Assembly (NCBI GenBank): GCA_964035545.1
Contig: OZ037773.1
Location: forward strand, 3,439,751-3,503,750
Length of the DNA: 64,000 nt
Source of the DNA: Bugula neritina
Lineage: Eukaryota; Animalia; Bryozoa
Direction: 5' to 3'
The notes beneath the pieces were generated by a model, which worked only from the letters and a program-made list of their open reading frames with translations, was not told the DNA's origin and searched no databases. Shown here one piece after another: positions 47,901-61,700 of the stretch (position 1 is the first letter of the stretch; each line of letters begins with the position of its first letter). Made by a program: the position numbers and the translations under genes.

Positions 47901-50900
47901 TGGATTTTGAAATGTTGGTACGCAACCGTTTGTCTTATTGGAAAGACAACTTCTTTTCACAACAATTTTTAGAACTTGGACTATACTAAAACATCTTATT
48001 GCACCTCCAGTGTTTGCTGAACTCCTTGGGATGCTGGTTGTGTTTACTGCCAGTTCCTGTGAACAGACTTCCATCTTTAAATCTCAAATCATCCGTTTTA
48101 TCCATATTGAAGTTGCCGCACATTCCCTCAGTCTTGCCAAAATCAGCAGGCGATGGTTTCACCCACAGATTCATGAATTGAGCATGACCTCCGCCAGTTA
48201 ACTGAGCTCTAATCATAGTACCGTGTGGAAAGTATATCTACAGATAACAATAATATTATAGAGGTACTTGTAACTATGCTCCAGTCAACACAATATATTC
48301 ACTCTATTCACAGAATCAGACCTTTATAGTTAACTTTCAGATAGGCACAACAGAATGATTCAAACGTTTTTTCTAAAGTAGGATATGAGTTGTTGACACA
48401 CATCTGTATGTATTCCAGTTACTTGACCTAATTATACAAAATCTGGGTCAAAGCGAGCTGCTACTCTGTTTATCAGACTAGCAAAGCTTCATCTCCCTCA
48501 ACATAGCAAATCCTATTCTTTGAACCAATTCATAGTTTTCACAAAACCAAACACTGTTAACGGGATTTTAGCTAACATAACAGCTATATAAAATGGGAGG
48601 AGACTTACGTTATACTCTCTACCACCATTGAGAGCGAAGATCTTGAAATTTGGTGATATGATGTCATCAACGGAGAGAGTTCGAGTTCTTAGAAGGTTGA
48701 ACTCAGCTTTCTTGTTATTTGCACCTGCGGAATTTTGCAAGTGAAAAGATAGAAAATTTGAAACAGATTACTCGAAGGTTATAGAGTAGCAAAAGATTAG
48801 TAAAGGTAAAATAACTGACAAGGACTTTAAGTATTTAAGTACATTACTGAGAGATCAAAGTGAACAGTTCTGTTTAGTAGTCAAGACAAGAAATTGCTTG
48901 AAGCAGCACTGAGTTGATGGTCACTGAGTGCAGTGGTTTGGGAAGAGTCTCCAGTCTGAAGTTTTGACAGCAATGTCTGTACAAATCCTGCACCCAGTCA
49001 CCTCTAATTTGGTGCTGCTTCTAGTCACTTCCATCAAAATATGCATGCTTAGCATTAGCTCTAGCTATTACTGCTTAATCATCGTGGTGTGGATATTACA
49101 TGTGTGTGCAGAACCAGCTAATGTCAGGCTACAAAACTGTATGCAACTCAGTTTCACGAACCAGTCTATAAGCAGCTCCAAGTTAAGGATGACTGAGTGA
49201 AATAGTTTGAGGCTCTCGAGTTTAGAGTTGGAGGCTTAAAGTTCTAACCTAAACCCCCAACTCGCAAACCCTTAACTACTGCACTCAGTCATCTCAAGCT
49301 CAGAGCTGCTTATAGACTAATTCCAGTTTCACAGATCATGAGAAGTACCAACATTGCGTTCATCTCTTACCCCAAATCTTCACATCACCCAGACTGTTAC
49401 ATCTGTCCACAATGATGACATCATCACCGGCTCTGGCAGCGACAGCGCAGTTGCAAGAGGCACCACCGCATCTCTTATAGAAAGCCCTCGCCTAAATGAA
49501 AAAGACGCTATCATGAATTATTAAAAAGGTATATCTGTGGGAATTTTAAATAGAAATGTATCAAATCATTAAATAAATTTGCTACGATTAAATTGTGTAC
49601 GTACTTGAACGAAAATTGACAAGGAAATAGTCAGTTGATGCAATATATAGGAATGATGTGATACACTAAACACTATGAAATAATATAACAAAGTTACAAT
49701 AGGCTGCAACTATATGATACAATATACTACATTTTAATACATTCATCACATGAGCTTGTTGCTAACCTCGAAAGGCAGGTCTCTATGTCTGTAGAGAATA
49801 AATTCACCTTCAAAGTAGTTGTGCCATTTGCTGTAACATACAGAGTGTGAGTGATAACACTTTCAGTTTGTAGTACTAGTAATTACTGTGAGTAGTATTA
49901 GTAGTCACTGTGTGTAGTATTAGTAGGTACTGTGTGTAGTATTAGTATTCACTGTGAGTAGTACTAATAGTTGCTATGAGTAGTACTAGTAGTTACTGTG
50001 TGTGGTACTAATAGGTACTGTGAATAGTACTAGTAGTCACTGTGTGTACTATTACTAGCTACTCACTGTCCATCGAATGTAGTCATATGTGGGTCGTTGA
50101 CAGAGGCACACAGAGCTCTCTTATCTACAAAGTCCTCAGTCACCACCTACAAGGATACCACAATGTAGTCCAGGTAGCCTGAGTAACCTATAATATCTGC
50201 AGTAGGGGAAGGTGAATACATCCCCTCTGAACTCGAAATAGTTTGTTTTAAACTATATACAATAATTTCAGAAACAGAAATGAGGTACAAATTATGTTTA
50301 GCTTGCACTTTTAGGTTGAAATATGGAGCTATGCACAATGAAAAAGAGAATAAATAAATGAAACATTGATTTAAGCAAAAAGATGTCTCAACACTTCTAA
50401 ATAAATATCGAGATTTGAGGTAGGAGCAGTGCTGGAAAAATTGAGAAAAGCCTGTGTTCTAGATTAGAAAGGTAGCAGAAGAAGTTATGCTCTCACGAGA
50501 ATTATAACCCGCGTCCCAAACCAAAATTTGATAATAAAATTAAAGAACTTAGGCTATCCCAATTTTTCTACTACTGCTCCTAAATGGAGCCAAGATTTAG
50601 GGTTACACATACATGGATGGAGTGGGGCGTATACCCATCCCATATACTTCTGCCAGGGCCATCTGTCATGTTGAAGGCTATAACCCTCGGCCTTTCGCCG
50701 TCATACTTGAAGTCTTTAGTAGCACTGATGGCGATAGTCTGGCTGACTGACCAGTTATCTGGAGTCAGCGTAATCTTACACTTTGCCAACTTCAGCTGCT
50801 CAATATTCTCATTCCGGCATCTGAATATATGAAATTGCTTGTTTATTAGCAAAGTGATGAAATATGAAGATATGATTTCAGTTTGTTGAAGTATTAGTAA

Positions 50901-53900
50901 TATTAACTGCAGTAAAGAATAGTTTGGTGACTATAGGAATATTATTCGGAATAAACCAATAAATGGTTTCTAAGATAGTGAAAATGGCTGCTATAAGAAC
51001 AGCTTCTAAAGCTACACCAACCGATTATTACATAACATATACGAGTGCACACTGTTTATACTAAGAAGCCCAACAAGAAGTGTATGTAAAATAATTGCCC
51101 CCATCGGGATTGGAACCACAGACCTCCGGCTTGCAAGCAAGCGCGCTAACCAATTGCGCTACAGGGGATTCAGGATTCCCAACAAGGAGCGTATTCAACA
51201 AAAACTGATATTTTGATACTTCAGCCCTGCATGCAAATAAAATGTTACTAATGTTTGTCAAGTCTTACTTAAGAGGTTGAGAAGTATCCAGGCTGTTATC
51301 ATTGCGAATAGCGATCTCTATTTTACACATAGAAGGGAGGAATCCACTATAAGTACATCTAACAGGCACTGTAGATCTCAATGTGATGGTCTGGTGGTAG
51401 TCACTCTCGGGGAGTACCATGGTGAACGACTGAAGTTGAAGTGGCACTCCATTCACATCTGAAACCTGTAGAATAATACAGAGCTATTGTCAGATGAATA
51501 TAAAGTGAATGTCTTGAAGTTGTTCCCTCACTAAATATATTTGCATGCTGTTCATTGTATTACAGATTACACTAAGGCATTGGCATAGTATAACTATCAT
51601 GCAGTATGATGATAGTTATGTGCTCACATGGCAGCGGTCAATCTATGTGTAAAAAAATATTTTTTCCATTAGAGAAACTAGAAAGGTGACTAATAACATA
51701 AATTTAAAGTATTTTAAACTCTGCCATATTGACTCACAGCAAATTACTATTTTACATTCACCTATCTATGAATTGTGAATGGTAGACTTGAGAAAAGAGA
51801 AAATAATTAGTAAAGTGTTGAGTGTAAAAGATTACCTGAATTCCTAAGAAGTATGGATCACTATATTGAGGGGCTCCCCAGAGCTTGCCCTTACCGGAAG
51901 ACCCTGCAAGGTATCTTCCTTGTACTGAGCAAGTTAGCTAAAGGATAAAAGACAAGGCACTGAAAGTTTCCATAATTTCTAGTCTGCAGCAAGTTTCTAA
52001 ACTATTTATTGTCACTTACTTTGTGAGAGTTTACTTTGTGAGAGTTGGTAGAAATTGATACAAGTTGTCTAATCACAAAATATTTTAATTATTGGGTACC
52101 CCTAACGCACAAGTTAGAAAATAAATCTGCAAAGAATGTGGTCTAAAATAGTATATTAAATTTTAACAGTAGGGTAATGCAGTATTTTTAATAATGTTGA
52201 TGGCTTAATCTGTGTATAACCTTAGGTCAATTCCTAGGAGTTATAAAAAGTAAAGCTTTCTGCTATTGGCAACAGAAAATAAACCTATTTGCTATTGGTC
52301 AAAAGAAAGCAAATTCCTATTTGTTATTGGTCAACAGAAAGTAAACCTAGTTGCTATTGGTCAACAGAAAAGAAACTTAATTGCTATTGGTCACTTACAT
52401 TTTGGCCCATCACAGTTCGACCTGGAATAAACAGGTAGTTTTCTTTCAATTTACTGACAGTTTGGCCAATTTGCAGCTCTTCTTGATGAACTTTAGAGTA
52501 GCCAATTTTCCACGTGACTTTGTACGCAGCACTAAATGTTATAAGTTAAACTAAACTAAACTCCCTAAACACAGTGCAATCTCCAATTTGCTATTAGAGA
52601 TAGAGTAGGTAATATCTGGGCTATACAATGACAAAACTTCTGTGCTTAATTTGCAAGAAATATACACTAGCCAATTTTTAAGCAAACCTTTAAACTTAAT
52701 TAATGTAAAATTGAGTTTATACAACTCTTTTTGTACAGAAAAAACTAGAAAAAATTTGATTGAATTCTGCATTATTACTGCTATTGCACAATTACACACT
52801 GAAGTAAGATAATAGAACAGCAAAGTACAACTAGGTTCACCAACTTACTTCTTGATAGTGCTCATAAGTACGCAGTGGAACTCAAAGGTGCCTGGGTACT
52901 CTACGATGTCAATTATTGGCTGATCGCCAACTGTGGGTGCTGCAAAAGCGTATGTCAAGTTGTGAGGCAAAATTCAAGTTATTTATCAGCTTTTCAATCA
53001 AGCAATCCAAGTAGAAGCAAAGCTGGTTTGAGACTGAACATTTTTTGCTTTCGAAAAAGCATAAAAAATAGAAAAGTCTACACTCTTCAAAAGCAAATAA
53101 ACTGAGATAAATCTTTGTGTGTGATTTGTGTTTAATGGTGCTGGCCGAGAAGGTCTTGTAACCAGAAATTGACTTCAAAACTTCAACAAAATTGGCAAAC
53201 TGTGACATGTTTAGTTGAATGAGCTTGAAACTTATTCTTAATTTTAGCATATAAATATATAAATAGAATTTTAATACAAGGTAATAACAAAAGGAGATTT
53301 TGATTTAATATATAACTTTATTAGAAATCAATTGTGTTGAAAAATTTTTACAACAAAATTTAACTCAAAACTAAGCAAAATCTCCATTTGATATCTTCAA
53401 CACAGACAAAATATAAATCTAAAAATATTTAGGGCATTTCTTGACAGATTGTTGTTTGATGCAGAGTGAAATACTGTTTTACATACTTTGAGATTTGAAT
53501 TCAATGTATGTTGCTATAGAAACCAATGACTGGTTTTAAAAATATAAACTGAAGTCAGTGAGAAGAATAGAATGAATGTCTCACAGTTGATGTTGAAATC
53601 ATGATTACAATCTCACGTTTTCAGCTAAATCAAGTAGTACAGAGAGAGGACAATTACAAGCGACAGAAATATGCCACTAAAAAAACTCAAAGAGGTGCTG
53701 CTGTTAGCAGAAGTCGTACCGTCATAACATTTGGGTGTGAATCCTGTCAAAGAACTTTGTCCAGGAGGACACAACTTTTCAGTTCCTGCAATAAAAGCAA
53801 ATTAAGTTGATTTCCATATGTAAATGAGCTAAGAATTATATTTGATATTTGTATATATCTACATGAGATTAATACTGTATGCACTTCATGTATAATATTT

Positions 53901-55281
53901 CTTTATATATATATATATATATCTACATAAGATTAGTATTTTATATACATTTCATGTTTTGATGTGTAGTTTTGACAGTTACCTGCACAATAAGAGGCTC
54001 CCTGAATCTTCTGAGATGAGTTAGTAGAAGTTGTCGGCACCAACTCATACACCATGTTGTTCAGACAACTCTTACCTCTAATCTTCAACTTTATACCACA
54101 AGGTGATAAATTATTGAGGAAATAGCACAAGTTTAATGTGTGTATTTGCCCATCGCTGGGTGGCTGTGTACCTACAGAAACCATGCAACAATATATCAGC
54201 TTTACCCCCTTGACTATCCACTCCTTTACACAGCCTGCATGATCTGCTTCATACATTTCTTTTTACATAATGCAGCTTCAGGCAAATTTCATAGCTATAG
54301 GGTGCTGAATACATACTTTACCTGCTAAACACTAAATAAATACTCCGACTATACACACAGACTATATACTCAGACTATATACTCAGACTATATACTCAGA
54401 CTATATACTCAGGCTATACACACAAACTATATACTCAGACTATATACTCAGACTATATACTCAGGCTATGTACTCAGACTATACACTCAGACTGTATACT
54501 CAGGCTATATACTCAGACTATACACTCAGACTGTATACACAGACTATATACTCAGACTATCTACACAGAAAATTCAGCTGGTATTACATGGTGACACTAA
54601 CTAGACATGCTGACTCACCGTTGAGCCAGATTGGTTGAATGCTGCTGCAGTCTCCTACTTTTGGCGGAGAAGTTGGTATTTGCCCTCCGGCACCACTTGT
54701 GAACACATACCATCCCTTGGCTAGCTTTTCGTCACTTCTGCTATGGTTAGCTGCAATGTTTAGAGAAATAGTTAGAGCTTCCCTGTTAGAAAATTGATAT
54801 TTGGAGCAGAAATAAAAAAGTTGAATTAGAAGCGTTTGTACCCGGAATATAACAGGCGTACCTCATGTTAACAGCAGCTATTATTATTTACCAAAATCCA
54901 TGATAGTACTTTACCTATTTATATAGTATTATTAAACAGTATTTAAAATAATTTACCTGATCCAATTGAGATAGCCGTGCTCCTATCAGGCTGGTCAAGA
55001 GTTGCGTGGTTTCCTGGTAGACATGGGTCAAATCTGGTAGCTGCGAGATAAATAAGAAGATAATATTTATATGAACTGCTGTATTTTACGTAAAACTGCT
55101 CATTGTTGATTCTATAATATTTTAAGCAATATTTTATTAACTTTTTATCATGATTATTGTGTGTTGAACACATGAAACTATTATAGCAATAAAATGTTTT
55201 AATCAAATTTTATTGTTCATCACTTTTATTCACTTTGCCCTGCACTGCATTAAGCTCTTTTTAGTGGTAAACTATATACAC

Positions 55282-55376
<95 letters not shown>

Positions 55377-55530
55377 TATATATAACAGCAAAAACATTAA
55401 ACCGGTGTTAATTCTAATTTGCTATAATTTAAATATTTCAAAATTATAGTAGGATAGTTAAGATATAAATGCATTTACCTGATGCTAATACAAGAGTACT
55501 TAGCAAACCTACAAGCACCTGTAACGCCAT
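44142..55530 (-). CDS. von Willebrand factor D and EGF domain-containing, type I membrane protein (VWDE-like), more than 20 exons
   Basis: Signal peptide MALQVLVGLLSTLVLAS (ATG 55530), FDPC..GWYVF..PIWL N-terminal domain, VWD (SVNDPHMTTFDG, NYFEGEFILYRH, TEGMCGNFN), WPTPSGWT, EGF (GQCKDGECVCHPGYVSEDC), TM WAIGVIAAVCVLGVATAGIIVYL and a short tail RGKVVADSY*. Confidence 0.88.
44780..44970. repeat. (ACT)n-type microsatellite filling a short VWDE intron
   Basis: Directly visible. Confidence 0.95.
49158..49323. mobile_element. Hairpin MITE, Mutator-like
   Basis: Inverted arms agtctataagcagctc...gagctgcttatagact and a perfect 9-bp TSD CAGTTTCAC. Confidence 0.85.
49870..50070. repeat. Minisatellite of about 22 bp (actgtgtgtagtattagtagtc)
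   Basis: About eight degenerate units abutting a splice donor. Confidence 0.85.
50421..50582. mobile_element. Small inverted-repeat element with a related copy at about 56145-56292
   Basis: Arms taggagcagtgctggaaaaattg / caatttttctactactgctccta. Both copies share the internal aacttaggctatc. Confidence 0.6.
51097..51168 (-). repeat. tRNA-like repeat (Ala-TGC-like loop), pseudogene or SINE head
   Basis: tcccctgtagcgcaattggttagcgcg cttgcttgcaagccgg aggtctgtggttccaatcccgatggggg, with mismatched anticodon and T stems. Confidence 0.6.
52258..52394. repeat. Minisatellite of about 30 bp (tgctattggtcaacagaaagtaaacctagt)
   Basis: Four to five units next to a splice donor. Confidence 0.85.
54342..54568. 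repeat. 13-bp minisatellite (agactatatactc)n
   Basis: Directly visible. Confidence 0.95.
55285..55384. repeat. (TA)n microsatellite
   Basis: Directly visible. Confidence 0.99.
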
Positions 55531-57658
55531 GCTTGTTAATAAAATAGTGTGAAAATAAATAACTGTCACAAAAGTCTCCTTTTTATACAAGAACTTATCA
55601 AAAATATTTCAAGTATCAAGATCAGACATGTCAAAATGTTGTTATCAGACCTGCCAAGTATACAATGTTAAATTCACTATAATTTTGAAGTCTCACTATT
55701 AAATTTACTATATTCTCATTTTCTATTAAAGTCTGTATTCCAATTGAAACAATTTTTTTCAAATGACTTTTTGACTGAAGAAGTTAATATAAATGACATA
55801 TAAGTACCGCTTTACCAAAATTAGAAAAATGAAAAAAAATTGCCATTTTTCTAACTTTTCTCGTCAGTTTTAAAAAATGCCGTAACTGCAGAAGAATAGA
55901 AGATAGATTGCATGTATTTTGTTAGCCAAAATAATAGTAACAATTATTATACGCATAATATCCAGGCTATATGCTATCCAGGCTATATGCTTATAACACC
56001 AATACAACTAGTTTCAGCTACGACAAGCTATGTTTGTTATAACAAAAGAATACTTTGTATGCTTATATATATACACATGAATATACAAGGTAGCTTCTTA
56101 TACAACAGTCTTTATCTGACAATTAGCAGTATATGCTTTTGAGGTAGGTGCAGCAATGGAAAAATTCTAGATTGGAGATGTAGCATAAGAAATTATGTTC
56201 ATACGAGAATTTCAACCTGTACCCAAACAAAAAAATTAATGACATTAAAAAACTTAGGCTATCTCCATTTCTGCACCACTATGCTCCTAAATGATGCTTT
56301 TCAGCCAACTAGAAATCTGAAGCTATAATGCTAAAGCTATGTCCTTCAGATTCAGTTGACAATGTGTGACACGTGTTTACATATTATGGGATTTACTGAG
56401 GTTTAGAGACCATGATTACAATGATCACTTAATGTTTGAAAAGTTGACCACAGAAGCCACATGCAGTTAATACTCAGTTTCTGTTGAAAAACTGACTCCA
56501 CGCCACAGCACTAGGTGTTCCTCAAATACGGTGCTCTTTCTGTATCTCACTAAGCTACCGGTGGAAAGCTCAATTCGTGACCTAGTAGAATACCAGATTT
56601 GACTTACTGATCTATGAAATTCGGCCATTTTGTATCTACACACACATAAATAAGCCAGTAAAAGGGGTCAAAGTCCAAAAAGGGAACTGCAAGATGCAGA
56701 GGCGGCGCTGTATTGGACAAGCTGGCCTAAAAATTCTATTTCCTTTTAAATCTTGTGCAGTAGAAAAGAAAAGAAGTCTTAATTAAATATAGTTTTTGAT
56801 ATTGACAGTTTCCAAGAAGGCACTGTATTATGTAATCACCCTGTCCCAAATTCTGACACAGGATAATCACTTGACTTCAAAGAAAGTTTGAGGTTCATTT
56901 TTGTTATCAGCAATTGTTCTTGTACATGTTTACCAAAAGACAATAGCCATCAGGTGTAAATTTTACAGGTAACTATCGGCAGCAATTGAGGTCAGCTGTA
57001 TGCAAGTACAGAACACTTTGTGGATGCCAATTGGTGGGCCTTGAGATATTGAACTGATTGATTTATTAGTCCGGCTGTCAGAAAGAAAGGCATGGAGTTG
57101 ATGTGATGAAGAGGATTGTACTGACAAGAGTTAAGAAAGGCAGAACAAAAATGGGGGCAACTTTTGTGTTTAAAGAGTAAACAAAAATGCATGCTGCGAT
57201 TTTTAGTCATGGAGGAGCAATGAATTCGAAGTGTGACTTTACTAGATGCAAGGGAATAATAATATGTTGAATGGAAGCATGAATACCAATCAATGAATAT
57301 AAGAGTTCAATATGGAGAATATTTTTGTCTAGAATATCATGGCACTTCAAGATATGAGTTCAATTGTTTTGTCTAATTAAATTGAATATTCGGTGTTAAT
57401 ACCTTGATCTAGAATTGTAAAGCTAGCATAACCAGGCAGTAATACAGGGCTAATTTGTTAGACAAACACACAGAGTTTCTAGCAAATTTATTTTGTACTC
57501 TTTGGACAATATGGCTATTGCAGTATATTCTGGATAAACACCCTACACGCCTACAGCTTCTGTTCTAATAGTATAATAATTGTAGTAGTAGAAAATAAGA
57601 CACAAGTGCTGGTTATGCAACAACTGGTTACATAATGTGTGTATTGGCTTACACATAG

Positions 57659-57824
57659 TCACTGCGTTTCCATTATCGCATTATGCGAATGGATTTTTTC
57701 ATTCGGCTAATGGAAACAGTTACATCGGATGAAACCGCAACTATAAGGTAATGCAAACCACAAACCACAAATAATCCGTACGAAGCATTCATTCGCATTA
57801 TGCGCAGTCATGGAAACGCAGTGA
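57659..57824. mobile_element. MITE
   Basis: TIR tcactgcgtttccat / atggaaacgcagtga, with subterminal cgcattatgcg at both ends. Confidence 0.75.
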
Positions 57825-58729
57825 GTGATAAACAATACTAAGTAATAGGAGCTGTATAAAAGTAGTCTTTTAGTAATACTGTATGGAGAACACAATAGCC
57901 TATCTCTAGAACCAAAAGCATGCATTTACAACTAGCTTCACTTATCTGCTGGATAAATTAATTGCATGATTTTTACTCTAAAACAATCAGATTGCCTGAA
58001 TTTGTACCTAATTGATACAACTATTGTTAGCCAAAATATAACAACTATAATACCTTGCCAGCATTTATTTACCAATAACTGGCTTCAAATAAAGCTGGTA
58101 TTTTGTTGAAAAAATGTTTTTTTTATGTATTGAGTGTAGTGTAATATAAGAAATGTCCAACCCATTATGTAAAGCATTAGCATCCGAAATTCAACTTCTC
58201 AACAAACTACAAACATTATCAACTGATTCCATTCAAAATTATCATATTTGTAACTCACTTCTTGTCAACATGAATAATAATTTAGACTCCAGGTACGGTT
58301 AAGAGAAAATTTGTAGTTGCCTACGCAACATTGTGAAACGAAGACTCAGGCTTTTGATTAGAGAAACTTTGTTCGAGTGTTCAGTCAAATTTTGCATTTA
58401 GGATATTTTTGAGACAGAAACTTTTATTAGAAGATAAATGACACAAATTGTAAGTTACACAGCATATATACAATGCATTTACTGATTAGTCAGAAAAGAA
58501 AACAGTGACTGAAAATATAGTAAATGATGAAAACACATCATCAAATTATAACTTTTGACTACAATGCCACATTATGGTTGTCTCGCTCTCTTCCCCCACT
58601 TGGTGAGCTTAGAGCTAAATTTAGTAGTGAGCTGACAATTCCAAATAAGTTAAACAGAGGGGGGAATAAAATATTGGCATTTTCAGATTGAGGGTTATCC
58701 AAATGGTTCAAATGGGTAATACAAGACTT

Positions 58730-61700
58730 TCACTTCTGAGATGACGAGATCAAGTCGAGAGAGCTCTCTGAAAGAGATGAAGCTTCAACATGTAAGCTAG
58801 GCTCCTTCACAACCAACGCTTCACTCGTAGAAGCAGCAGAAGCCGAGACTTGCGAGCTTATAATTGCACATTTCTCACAGCCATTTGCTACTGTATATTC
58901 AACTTCCGAACTTTTTGTGAAGGTCAGTCTCAAACAGGCCAAACATAGTGTGTATTTATAAATAGGGTCTCTTTTATGCTTGGCAGCATGAAACTTTTTA
59001 TGATGTTCAAAGTTGAATCTTTGTCCACAAATCTCGCATTGAAAAGGGCATTCAGGATGCTTTGTATCACAATGTTTCCGCAAGTTCTCAGTGGGTTTGA
59101 GTACAAGCCAACACAGTGTGCAGTTGTGATTTCTTTTAGCAGATGGAACTTTTTTCATAACCTCATGATTAATATGACAAATACCTTTTGAGCATTCACA
59201 GGCAAGTGTAGACTTGAAGCAATTGTGGCAATTGCTATTAGGATATTGAGTTTGGAAATATCTTCTCAAAGCCCAGGGCGCCAAAAATGGTGTGCCATCT
59301 AGTAAACAGTAATATGATTCATATAAACTAAGTGAATGTTTAAAGAAATGGATCTGCTGTTTCTCTTTATCCTCGGGCAAAATTTTAGAGCAAAAGCTAC
59401 ACTCCAAACTTTTTTCATCATCGTGTTTTTCTAAATGAGCTACAATAGCCTCTGGAAGAATCTGCTTGTCATCGCATTGCATGCAATTAAAAAGCCCACT
59501 GTGAGCATTAACGTGTTGTTGCATGATGTGAGTTTTAACATCCTCGGTAGTTGAACAAGTATGATCACAGGCTAAACAAATAATTTGTTTATGATCATTT
59601 GTAATATGTTCACCTCTTTGTATTCGATTCTTGAAGTACTTTTTGCACAGAGTACACTTTTTATGCATTTTCCGAAGATGGTGAATCATCTCAGCCCATA
59701 GGAGAAAATTCAAGTTGCAAAATTGACACCTGTATGGCTTTGATGAAGGGCTACGAGAATAAAACTCACTCTCAGTAAATTCATCTGCAATATGGTCTCT
59801 TGGCTGTTTGTTTTGAACAGCAATAGCGCTAGCTTGATCACTCAACTCAAAGCATATAGCTGGTTTATTAGCTGGCTGCAAAACACGTTCAACTGGCGAA
59901 AGACTTCCATCTGTATTCGAAACTTCAATTTTTTGAAAATGTCCATATGCCAACTTTTTGGTTGGCTCTGCAGAGTTAGCAAGATGAAACTTTGCCATAT
60001 AAGTTGAAAATTGGGAATGGTGAATGCCATCATTGATTTCAGATAAAGGAAAAGAGTCTTCTTTCAAAGTTTGCATATAACGTGAGTTTGCAACTGGAAA
60101 AAGAGGGGAAACTGAAGGCGATGATGCGAGATTGAAAGAGTAAACCAGGCAGTTCAAGGATGATGGACTAGACAATCGAACAAATCTACTATGCTTGCAA
60201 CTTTCAGCAAGAAAAAGGTTAGTGGACCGAATTTTCTGTGTGGCGCAAACTGCAGAAGAGAAGATTTCTCCACAAAAGCAGCATATTCCAGAGTCTGAAA
60301 GAGTGTCATAACCATTTACAATTTCAATGTTAGGTTTTGTGTCCCAGTCTCGAGATTGAATTCTAGGAACTTTCCTTGCGGAGTAAGGCAGAGTGGCAAT
60401 CTTATTTTCCACCAGCCATTTTAGAAGTTTAGCCACTTGTTCATGACTAACTACCGGTTCAGACAACAAAGCAACCACTAACCAACTACATGAGCTAAAA
60501 TCTTTGTACCAATTCGCAAACTGCCAGAAAAGCAGTTGGGGTGTTTTAGAAAGTAAAATTCGCCTATAAAATGTTGTGGTTCCAACGTCAACAGGAATGA
60601 TGAAGTCCATATTATCGACGATAAATATAGGATATGAAATTTTAAACTGCTCTGTTCTAATACGACTTGAGACGGTTTCGTTGAGAAGAGAAATCGAATA
60701 GGATGTGGTTGGAAGGCTAGGATTATTGGTGGAAACATTGAATGAGCATGGCAAGGGCAAAACATTTTTCGGGGCAGCAGAAAATGGTCGCAAAACGGCT
60801 ACTGGAGGATTCTTATTAGCAATATTGGGTTTCAAATTTGCATTTTCTGACACTCTGTGGCCGTTACTATTAACAAGAAGTACTTCGCCCTCATCTAGAT
60901 CAAGCGACCTAGACGGTTCTGTTATGTTGGAGCCAGTTGGTAATTGAATTACCGGTGAACAATCATCTTCTATAACTATCATTGGCATTGAATTATTGGC
61001 ATCCGACAAAGTAGGCGAGACAGGTGAACTTATCGTAGCTGTAGAAGTTTTATTAGATGAACTGTTTCCATGAGCTTCATTAGATTTAGAGTCATGAGAA
61101 TGAAAAATATCCTGATCTAGGCTTACAATGTTTTTCGGACTAAGTAAAGAATGTTCGACAAATTCCTGTGTTTGTGGCTTAGCTTCAACGCTCTCCACAT
61201 CTATGATGCTCTCATCTTCACTATCATCAGAAGATGAAGATGATGACGAAGACGCACAATTGTTCTTGCCGACATAACTTTTCATGTGATAAATGTCTTC
61301 ATCACTGTCTGTACTACTGTTGCTACTGGAACTAGTTTCAACATCTGTCGGAAGATTAGCCCAATCTTGCTCTTGTGATGCATTTGAAAAAGAATTGCAT
61401 TTCTCTGGGTTTAAAGTTGATGGCGGTGATTGCTGAAAATCATCTGCTGCTTCTGATTGACCCAGTGCATATTTTTGGAGGTATCGTTTTAAAAGCATAT
61501 CAATTTCTATGCTTGAAAAGCCATGAAGATTTCTGTAATGGCGGCGAAGATTAGGAGGATACCGAGACCTGAAATCACATTTGTGGCAACAATAGAAACT
61601 AGGTTTTAAAGTTGATTTTTTTGACTTGTTAGCTTTGGACATGCTAGTTTTTGCTTTGAATCGTTCGGTTGTGCTTTCGGTATTAAATGTCGGAATAGGA

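Noticed and set aside
51097-51168. Functional tRNA-Ala gene
   Set aside because: Anticodon and T stems are mismatched, the T-loop is altered, and diverged relatives lie nearby.
52258-52394. CRISPR-like 30-bp repeat array
   Set aside because: Head-to-tail minisatellite without unique spacers, in a eukaryotic intron, with no cas genes.
56600-57260. Possible decayed transposon coding sequence
   Set aside because: Many stops and no motif or termini that I can support.
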